In this document: one piece after another, positions 53,601 through 64,000 of the stretch
How positions within the stretch are numbered: position 1 is the stretch's first letter
How the letters are laid out: every line of letters starts with the position of its first letter
Source of the DNA: Auanema rhodensis
Taxonomy: Eukaryota; Animalia; Nematoda
Assembly (NCBI GenBank): GCA_964057225.1
Contig: OZ059897.1
Span: 22,382,001 to 22,446,000 of the forward strand
Direction: 5' to 3'
DNA length: 64,000 bases
Notes under the pieces: generated by a model
Seen by the model: only the letters and a program-made list of their open reading frames with translations
What the model was told of the DNA's origin: nothing
Database searches by the model: none
Made by a program: the position numbers and the translations under genes

Positions 53601-56600
53601 TCTAATTTTGAAAACCGCATCTCTTTATCTTTCACGTGAAGCGAGTTACATACCAAGTGCACATCACGTGTACATTTAATTAGCATAAATTAAAGTTCAC
53701 GTAAATTTCAAAGTCATGGTTACCATGCACCAATATCAATAAAAATTTGTTTTTAGACTAATATGGACATGGGGAATCTAATTTTGAAAACCGCATCTCT
53801 TTATCTTTCACGTGAAGCGAGTTACATACCAAGTGCACATCACGTGTACATTTAATTAACATAAATTAAAGTTCACGTAAATTTCAAAGTCATGGTTACC
53901 ATGAACTAATATCAATAAAAATTTGTTTTTAGACTAATATGGACATGGGGAATCTAATTTTGAAAACCGCATCTCTTTATCTTTCACGTGAAGCGAGTTA
54001 CATACCAAGTGCACATCACGTGTACATTTAATTAGCATAAATTAAAGTTCACGTAAATTTCAAAGTCATGGTTACCATGCACCAATATCAATAAAAATTT
54101 GTTTTTAGACTAATATGGACATGGGGAATCTAATTTTGAAAACCGCATCTCTTTATCTTTCACGTGAAGCGAGTTACATACCAAGTGCACATCACGTGTA
54201 CATTTAATTAACATAAATTAAAGTTCACGTAAATTTCAAAGTCATGGTTACCATGAACTAATATCAATAAAAATTTGTTTTTAGACTAATATGGACATGG
54301 GGAATCTAATTTTGAAAACCGCATCTCTTTATCTTTCACGTGAAGCGAGTTACATACCAAGTGCACATCACGTGTACATTTAATTAGCATAAATTAAAGT
54401 TCACGTAAATTTCAAAGTCATGGTTACCATGAAGCAATATCAATAAAAATTTGTTTTTAGACTAATATGGACATGGGGAATCTAATTTTGAAAACCGCAT
54501 CTCTTTATCTTTCACGTGAAGCGAGTTACATACCAAGTGCACATCACGTGTACATTTAATTAGCATAAATTAAAGTTCACGTAAATTTCAAAGTCATGGT
54601 TACCATGAAGCAATATCAATAAAAATTTGTTTTTAGACTAATATGGACATGAGGAATCTAATTTTGAAAACCGCATCTCTTTATCTTTCACGTGAAGCGA
54701 GTTACATACCAAGTGCACATCACGTGTACATTTAATTAGCATAAATTAAAGTTCACGTAAATTTCAAAGTCATGGTTACCATGAACCAATATCAATAAAA
54801 ATTTGTTTTTAGACTAATATGGACATGGGGAATCTAATTTTGAAAACCGCATCTCTTTATCTTTCACGTGAAGCGAGTTACATACCAAGTGCACATCACG
54901 TGTACATTTAATTAGCATAAATTAAAGTTCACGTAAACTTCAAAGTCATGGTTACCATGAAGCAATATCAATAAAAATTTGTTTTTAGACTAATATGGAC
55001 ATGGGGAATCTAATTTTGAAAACCGCATCTCTTTATCTTTCACGTGAAGCGAGTTACATACCAAGTGCACATCACGTGTACATTTAATTAGCATAAATTA
55101 AAGTTCACGTAAATTTCAAAGTCATGGTTACCATGCACCAATATCAATAAAAATTTGTTTTTAGACTAATATGGACATGGGGAATCTAATTTTGAAAACC
55201 GCATCTCTTTATCTTTCACGTGAAGCGAGTTACATACCAAGTGCACATCACGTGTACATTTAATTAACATAAATTAAAGTTCACGTAAATTTCAAAGTCA
55301 TGGTTACCATGAACTAATATCAATAAAAATTTGTTTTTAGACTAATATGGACATGGGGAATCTAATTTTGAAAACCGCATCTCTTTATCTTTCACGTGAA
55401 GCGAGTTACATACCAAGTGCACATCACGTGTACATTTAATTAGCATAAATTAAAGTTCACGTAAATTTCAAAGTCATGGTTACCATGAAGCAATATCAAT
55501 AAAAATTTGTTTTTAGACTAATATGGACATGGGGAATCTAATTTTGAAAACCGCATCTCTTTATCTTTCACGTGAAGCGAGTTACATACCAAGTGCACAT
55601 CACGTGTACATTTAATTAGCATAAATTAAAGTTCACGTAAATTTCAAAGTCATGGTTACCATGAAGCAATATCAATAAAAATTTGTTTTTAGACTAATAT
55701 GGACATGGGGAATCTAATTTTGAAAACCGCATCTCTTTATCTTTCACGTGAAGCGAGTTACATACCAAGTGCACATCACGTGTACATTTAATTAGCATAA
55801 ATTAAAGTTCACGTAAATTTCAAAGTCATGGTTACCATGAACCAATATCAATAAAAATTTGTTTTTAGACTAATATGGACATGGGAAATCTAATTTTGGA
55901 AACCGCATCTCTTTATCTTTCACGTGAAGCGAGTTACATACCAAGTGCACATCACGTGTACATTTAATTAGCATAAATTAAAGTTCACGTAAACTTCAAA
56001 GTCATGGTTACCATGAAGCAATATCAATAAAAATTTGTTTTTAGACTAATATGGACATGGGGAATCTAATTTTGAAAACCGCATCTCTTTATCTTTCACG
56101 TGAAGCGAGTTACATACCAAGTGCACATCACGTGTACATTTAATTAGCATAAATTAAAGTTCACGTAAATTTCAAAGTCATGGTTACCATGAACCAATAT
56201 CAATAAAAATTTGTTTTTAGACTAATATGGACATGGGAAATCTAATTTTGAAAACCGCATCTCTTTATCTTTCACGTGAAGCGAGTTACATACCAAGTGC
56301 ACATCACGTGTACATTTAATTAGCATAAATTAAAGTTCACGTAAATTTCAAAGTCATGGTTACCATGAACCAATATCAATAAAAATTTGTTTTTAGACTA
56401 ATATGGACATGGGGAATCTAATTTTGAAAACCGCATCTCTTTATCTTTCACGTGAAGCGAGTTACATACCAAGTGCACATCACGTGTACATTTAATTAGC
56501 ATAAATTAAAGTTCACGTAAATTTCAAAGTCATGGTTACCATGAAGCAATATCAATAAAAATTTGTTTTTAGACTAATATGGACATGAGGAATCTAATTT

Positions 56601-57026
56601 TGAAAACCGCATCTCTTTATCTTTCACGTGAAGCGAGTTACATACCAAGTGCACATCACGTGTACATTTAATTAGCATAAATTAAAGTTCACGTAAATTT
56701 CAAAGTCATGGTTACCATGAACCAATATCAATAAAAATTTGTTTTTAGACTAATATGGACATGGGGAATCTAATTTTGAAAACCGCATCTCTTTATCTTT
56801 CACGTGAAGCGAGTTACATACCAAGTGCACATCACGTGTACATTTAATTAGCATAAATTAAAGTTCACGTAAACTTCAAAGTCATGGTTACCATGAAGCA
56901 ATATCAATAAAAATTTGTTTTTAGACTAATATGGACATGGGGAATCTAATTTTGAAAACCGCATCTCTTTATCTTTCACGTGAAGCGAGTTACATACCAA
57001 GTGCACATCACGTGTACATTTAATTA
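50691..57026. repeat. Composite block: two 11-mers flanking two derived 6-mers and a 2-mer
   Basis: The 11-mer occurs at 50691-52626 and 55091-57026, marked by the private G92A+A105G monomer at 51395 and 55795. The 6-mer [A46C][G1A+C49T][C48G][C48G+G90A][cons][T24C+C48G] occurs at 52627-53682 and 54035-55090. The 2-mer lies at 53683-54034. Confidence 0.85.
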
Positions 57027-60018
57027 GCATAAATTAAAGTTCACGTAAATTTCAAAGTCATGGTTACCATGAACTAATATCAATAAAAATTTGTTTTTAG
57101 ACTAATATGGACATGGGGAATCTAATTGTGAAAACCGCATCTCTTTATCTTTCACGTGAAGCGAGTTACATACCAAGTGCACATCACGTGTACATTTAAT
57201 TAGCATAAATTAAAGTTCACGTAAATTTCAAAGTCATGGTTACCATGAAGCAATATCAATAAAAATTTGTTTTTAGACTAATATGGACATGGGGAATCTA
57301 ATTTTGAAAACCGCATCTCTTTATCTTTCACGTGAAGCGAGTTACATACCAAGTGCACATCACGTGTACATTTAATTAGCATAAATTAAAGTTCACGTAA
57401 ATTTCAAAGTCATGGTTACCATGAACCAATATCAATAAAAATTTGTTTTTAGACTAATATGGACATGGGGAATCTAATTTTGAAAACCGCATCTCTTTAT
57501 CTTTCACGTGAAGCGAGTTACATACCAAGTGCACATCACGTGTACATTTAATTAGCATAAAATAAAGTTCACGTAAACTTCAAAGTCATGGTTACCATGA
57601 AGCAATATCAATAAAAATTTGTTTTTAGACTAATATGGACATGGGGAATCTAATTGTGAAAACCGCATCTCTTTATCTTTCACGTGAAGCGAGTTACATA
57701 CCAAGTGCACATCACGTGTACATTTAATTAGCATAAATTAAAGTTCACGTAAATTTCAAAGTCATGGTTACCATGAAGCAATATCAATAAAAATTTGTTT
57801 TTAGACTAATATGGACATGGGGAATCTAATTTTGAAAACCGCATCTCTTTATCTTTCACGTGAAGCGAGTTACATACCAAGTGCACATCACGTGTACATT
57901 TAATTAGCATAAATTAAAGTTCACGTAAATTTCAAAGTCATGGTTACCATGAACCAATATCAATAAAAATTTGTTTTTAGACTAATATGGACATGGGGAA
58001 TCTAATTTTGAAAACCGCATCTCTTTATCTTTCACGTGAAGCGAGTTACATACCAAGTGCACATCACGTGTACATTTAATTAGCATAAAATAAAGTTCAC
58101 GTAAACTTCAAAGTCATGGTTACCATGAAGCAATATCAATAAAAATTTGTTTTTAGACTAATATGGACATGGGGAATCTAATTTTGAAAACCGCATCTCT
58201 TTATCTTTCACGTGAAGCGAGTTACATACCAAGTGCACATCACGTGTACATTTAATTAGCATAAATTAAAGTTCACGTAAATTTCAAAGTCATGGTTACC
58301 ATGAACCAATATCAATAAAAATTTGTTTTTAGACTAATATGGACATGGGAAATCTAATTTTGAAAACCGCATCTCTTTATCTTTCACGTGAAGCGAGTTA
58401 CATACCAAGTGCACATCACGTGTACATTTAATTAGCATAAATTAAAGTTCACGTAAATTTCAAAGTCATGGTTACCATGAACCAATATCAATAAAAATTT
58501 GTTTTTAGACTAATATGGACATGGGGAATCTAATTTTGAAAACCGCATCTCTTTATCTTTCACGTGAAGCGAGTTACATACCAAGTGCACATCACGTGTA
58601 CATTTAATTAGCATAAATTAAAGTTCACGTAAATTTCAAAGTCATGGTTACCATGAAGCAATATCAATAAAAATTTGTTTTTAGACTAATATGGACATGG
58701 GGAATCTAATTTTGAAAACCGCATCTCTTTATCTTTCACGTGAAGCGAGTTACATACCAAGTGCACATCACGTGTACATTTAATTAGCATAAATTAAAGT
58801 TCACGTAAATTTCAAAGTCATGGTTACCATGAACCAATATCAATAAAAATTTGTTTTTAGACTAATATGGACATGGGGAATCTAATTTTGAAAACCGCAT
58901 CTCTTTATCTTTCACGTGAAGCGAGTTACATACCAAGTGCACATCACGTGTACATTTAATTAGCATAAATTAAAGTTCACGTAAATTTCAAAGTCATGGT
59001 TACCATGAAGCAATATCAATAAAAATTTGTTTTTAGACTAATATGGACATGGGGAATTTAATTTTGAAAACCGCATCTCTTTATCTTTCACGTGAAGCGA
59101 GTTACATACCAAGTGCACATCACGTGTACATTTAATTAGCATAAATTAAAGTTCACGTAAATTTCAAAGTCATGGTTAGCATGAACCAATATCAATAAAA
59201 ATTTGTTTTTAGACTAATATGGACATGGGGAATCTAATTTTGAAAACCGCATCTCTTTATCTTTCACGTGAAGCGAGTTACATACCAAGTGCACATCACG
59301 TGTACATTTAATTAGCATAAATTAAAGTTCACGTAAATTTCAAAGTCATGGTTACCATGAACCAATATCAATAAAAATTTGTTTTTAGACTAATATGGAC
59401 ATGGGGAATCTAATTTTGAAAACCGCATCTCTTTATCTTTCACGTGAAGCGAGTTACATACCAAGTGCACATCACGTGTACATTTAATTAGCATAAATTA
59501 AAGTTCACGTAAATTTCAAAGTCATGGTTACCATGAACCAATATCAATAAAAATTTGTTTTTAGACTAATATGGACATGGGGAATCTAATTTTGAAAACC
59601 GCATTTCTTTATCTTTCACGTGAAGCGAGTTACATACCAAGTGCACATCACGTGTACATTTAATTAGCATAAATTAAAGTTCACGTAAATTTCAAAGTCA
59701 TGGTTACCATGCACCAATATCAATAAAAATTTGTTTTTAGACTAATATGGACATGGGGAATCTAATTTTGAAAACCGCATCTCTTTATCTTTCACGTGAA
59801 GCGAGTTACATACCAAGTGCACATCACGTGTACATTTAATTAGCATAAATTAAAGTTCACGTAAATTTCAAAGTCATGGTTACCATGAACCAATATCAAT
59901 AAAAATTTGTTTTTAGACTAATATGGACATGGGGAATCTAATTTTGAAAACCGCATCTCTTTATCTTTCACGTGAAGCGAGTTACATACCAAGTGCACAT
60001 CACGTGTACATTTAATTA

Positions 60019-62482
60019 GCATAAATTAAAGTTCACGTAAACTTCAAAGTCATGGTTACCATGAAGCAATATCAATAAAAATTTGTTTTTAGACTAATAT
60101 GGACATGGGGAATCTAATTTTGAAAACCGCATCTCTTTATCTCTCACGTGAAGCGAGTTACATACCAAGTGCACATCACGTGTACATTTAATTAGCATAA
60201 ATTAAAGTTCACGTAAATTTCAAAGTCATGGTTACCATGAACCAATATCAATAAAAATTTGTTTTTAGACTAATATGGACATGGGGAATCTAATTTTGAA
60301 AACCGCATCTCTTTATCTCTCACGTGAAGCGAGTTACATACCAAGTGCACATCACGTGTACATTTAATTAGCATAAATTAAAGTTCACGTAAATTTCAAA
60401 GTCATGGTTACCATGAACCAATATCAATAAAAATTTGTTTTTAGACTAATATGGACATGGGGAATCTAATTTTGAAAACCGCATCTCTTTATCTTTCACG
60501 TGAAGCGAGTTACATACCAAGTGCACATCACGTGTACATTTAATTAGCATAAATTAAAGTTCACGTAAATTTCAAAGTCATGGTTACCATGCACCAATAT
60601 CAATAAAAATTTGTTTTTAGACTAATATGGACATGGGGAATCTAATTTTGAAAACCGCATCTCTTTATCTTTCACGTGAAGCGAGTTACATACCAAGTGC
60701 ACATCACGTGTACATTTAATTAGCATAAATTAAAGTTCACGTAAATTTCAAAGTCATGGTTACCATGAACCAATATCAATAAAAATTTGTTTTTAGACTA
60801 ATATGGACATGGTGAATCTAATTTTGAAAACCGCATCTCTTTATCTTTCACGTGAAGCGAGTTACATACCAAGTGCACATCACGTGTACATTTAATTAGC
60901 ATAAATTAAAGTTCACGTAAACTTCAAAGTCATGGTTACCATGAAGCAATATCAATAAAAATTTGTTTTTAGACTAATATGGACATGGGGAATCTAATTT
61001 TGAAAACCGCATCTCTTTATCTCTCACGTGCAGCGAGTTACATACCAAGTGCACATCACGTGTACATTTAATTAGCATAAATTAAAGTACACGTAAATTT
61101 CAAAGTCATGGTTACCATGAACCAATATCAATAAAAATTTGTTTTTAGACTAATATGGACATGGGGAATCTAATTTTGAAAACCGCATCTCTTTATCTTT
61201 CACGTGAAGCGAGTTACATACCAAGTGCACATCACGTGTACATTTAATTAGCATAAATTAAAGTTCACGTAAACTTCAAAGTCATGGTTACCATGAAGCA
61301 ATATCAATAAAAATTTGTTTTTAGACTAATATGGACATGGGGAATCTAATTTTGAAAACCGCATCTCTTTATCTCTCACGTGAAGCGAGTTACATACCAA
61401 GTGCACATCACGTGTACATTTAATTAGCATAAATTAAAGTTCACGTAAATTTCAAAGTCATGGTTACCATGAACCAATATCAATAAAAATTTGTTTTTAG
61501 ACTAATATGGACATGGGGAATCTAATTTTGAAAACCGCATCTCTTTATCTCTCACGTGAAGCGAGTTACATACCAAGTGCACATCACGTGTACATTTAAT
61601 TAGCATAAATTAAAGTTCACGTAAATTTCAAAGTCATGGTTACCATGAACCAATATCAATAAAAATTTGTTTTTAGACTAATATGGACATGGGGAATCTA
61701 ATTTTGAAAACCGCATCTCTTTATCTTTCACGTGAAGCGAGTTACATACCAAGTGCACATCACGTGTACATTTAATTAGCATAAATTAAAGTTCACGTAA
61801 ATTTCAAAGTCATGGTTACCATGCACCAATATCAATAAAAATTCGTTTTTAGACTAATATGGACATGGGGAATCTAATTTTGAAAACCGCATCTCTTTAT
61901 CTTTCACGTGAAGCGAGTTACATACCAAGTGCACATCACGTGTACATTTAATTAGCATAAATTAAAGTTCACGTAAATTTCAAAGTCATGGTTACCATGA
62001 ACCAATATCAATAAAAATTTGTTTTTAGACTAATATGGACATGGTGAATCTAATTTTGAAAACCGCATCTCTTTATCTTTCACGTGAAGCGAGTTACATA
62101 CCAAGTGCACATCACGTGTACATTTAATTAGCATAAATTAAAGTTCACGTAAACTTCAAAGTCATGGTTACCATGAAGCAATATCAATAAAAATTTGTTT
62201 TTAGACTAATATGGACATGGGGAATCTAATTTTGAAAACCGCATCTCTTTATCTCTCACGTGCAGCGAGTTACATACCAAGTGCACATCACGTGTACATT
62301 TAATTAGCATAAATTAAAGTACACGTAAATTTCAAAGTCATGGTTACCATGAACCAATATCAATAAAAATTTGTTTTTAGACTAATATGGACATGGGGAA
62401 TCTAATTTTGAAAACCGCATCTCTTTATCTTTCACGTGAAGCGAGTTACATACCAAGTGCACATCACGTGTACATTTAATTA
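60019..62482. repeat. 7-monomer (1232-bp) tandem duplication
   Basis: Private variants T125C, G91T (monomers at 60723, 61955), A133C (60899, 62131) and T15A (61075, 62307) all recur at 1232-bp spacing. Confidence 0.9.
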
Positions 62483-64000
62483 GCATAAATTAAAGTTCAC
62501 GTAAATTTCAAAGTCATGGTTACCATGCATCAATATCAATAAAAATTTGTTTTTAGACTAATATGGACATGGGGAATCTAATTTTGAAAACCGCATCTCT
62601 TTATCTTTCACGTGAAGCGAGTTACATACCAAGTGCACATCACGTGTACATTTAATTAGCATAAATTAAAGTTCACGTAAATTTCAAAGTCATGGTTACC
62701 ATGAACTAATATCAATAAAAATTTGTTTTTAGACTAATATGGACATGGGGAATCTAATTTTGAAAACCGCATCTCTTTATCTTTCACGTGAAGCGAGTTA
62801 CATACCAAGTGCACATCACGTGTACATTTAATTAGCATAAATTAAAGTTCACGTAAATTTCAAAGTCATGGTTACCATGAAGCAATATCAATAAAAATTT
62901 GTTTTTAGACTAATATGGACATGGGGAATCTAATTTTGAAAACCGCATCTCTTTATCTTTCACGTGAAGCGAGTTACATACCAAGTGCACATCACGTGTA
63001 CATTTAATTAGCATAAATTAAAGTTCACGTAAACTTCAAAGTCATGGTTACCATGAAGCAATATCAATAAAAATTTGTTTTTAGACTAATATGGACATGG
63101 GAAATCTAATTTTGAAAACCGCATCTCTTTATCTTTCACGTGAAGCGAGTTACATACCAAGTGCACATCACGTGTACATTTAATTAGCATAAATTAAAGT
63201 TCACGTAAATTTCAAAGTCATGATTACCATGCACCAATATCAATAAAAATTTGTTTTTAGACTAATATGGACATGGGGAATCTAATTTTGAAAACCGCAT
63301 CTCTTTATCTTTCACGTGAAGCGAGTTACATACCAAGTGCACATCACGTGTACATTTAATTAGCATAAATTAAAGTTCACGTAAATTTCAAAGTCATGGT
63401 TACCATGAACTAATATCAATAAAAATTTGTTTTTAGACTAATATGGACATGGGGAATCTAATTTTGAAAACCGCATCTCTTTATCTTTCACGTGAAGCGA
63501 GTTACATACCAAGTGCACATCACGTGTACATTTAATTAGCATAAATTAAAGTTCACGTAAATTTCAAAGTCATGGTTACCATGAAGCAATATCAATAAAA
63601 ATTTGTTTTTAGACTAATATGGACATGGGGAATCTAATTTTGAAAACCGCATCTCTTTATCTTTCACGTGAAGCGAGTTACATACCAAGTGCACATCACG
63701 TGTACATTTAAATAGCATAAATTAAAGTTCACGTAAATTTCAAAGTCATGGTTACCATGAACCAATATCAATAAAAATTTGTTTTTAGACTAATATGGAC
63801 ATGGGGAATCTAATTTTGAAAACCGCATCTCTTTATCTTTCACGTGAAGCGAGTTACATACCAAGTGCACATCACGTGTACATTTAATTAGCATAAATTA
63901 AAGTTCACGTAAATTTCAAAGTCATGGTTACCATGAACCAATATCAATAAAAATTTGTTTTTAGACTAATATGGACATGGGAAATCTAATTTTGAAAACC

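Larger units (their letters stand above)
1..64000. repeat. 176-bp satellite DNA tandem array (363 full monomers + 110-bp partial), head-to-tail, single orientation, probably continuing past both window edges
   Basis: GCATAAATTA recurs at 1, 177, 353, 881, 2641 and so on (period 176). The last monomer starts at 63891 = 363x176+1+2, which matches exactly two +1 insertions and no other net indels. Consensus: GCATAAATTAAAGTTCACGTAAATTTCAAAGTCATGGTTACCATGAACCAATATCAATAAAAATTTGTTTTTAGACTAATATGGACATGGGGAATCTAATTTTGAAAACCGCATCTCTTTATCTTTCACGTGAAGCGAGTTACATACCAAGTGCACATCACGTGTACATTTAATTA. Confidence 0.99.

Noticed and set aside
1-64000. CRISPR array or repeat-spacer system (palindromic motifs at regular spacing)
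   Set aside because: There are no unique spacers: the sequence between palindromes is as conserved as the palindromes. There are also no cas or other genes.
1-64000. A single fixed higher-order repeat period, or a message encoded in monomer order
   Set aside because: Periods vary locally (2-18 monomers). The order is adequately explained by nested in-register duplications and deletions.
1-64000. Pure assembly or concatemer artefact (rolling-circle copies of one monomer)
   Set aside because: The variants form linked, nested and hierarchically shared patterns, unlike random error or identical copies. Individual duplications still need read validation.

Overview
The whole 64,000-bp window is one uninterrupted head-to-tail tandem array of a 176-bp AT-rich monomer (56/176 = about 32% GC). 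It holds 363 complete copies plus a 110-bp partial copy, all in one orientation. Monomers differ from the consensus by 0-4 substitutions. The only length changes I found are two single-A insertions (39131-39136 and 42300-42305), which are copies of one event. I found no genes, RNA genes, transposons, CRISPR spacers or unique sequence. The architecture is that of a very homogeneous eukaryotic satellite, possibly (peri)centromeric; that role is inferred, and I do not recognise the family or species. Typing monomers by eye by their SNPs reveals two hidden layers. First, there are nested, locally restricted higher-order duplications (2-, 3-, 4-, 6-, 7-, 11-, 12- and 18-monomer units), a degenerate 16.5-19.4 kb super-period and a left-to-right haplotype shift. 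Second, the monomer is rich in dyads and carries three TCACGT cores spaced 32-33 bp apart, with common variants that repair a quasi-palindrome. Notation: Mn = nth monomer; variants are numbered within the monomer, with position 1 = window base 1. All typing and counts were done by eye and need computational confirmation. I found no protein-coding or otherwise novel enzymatic system here.
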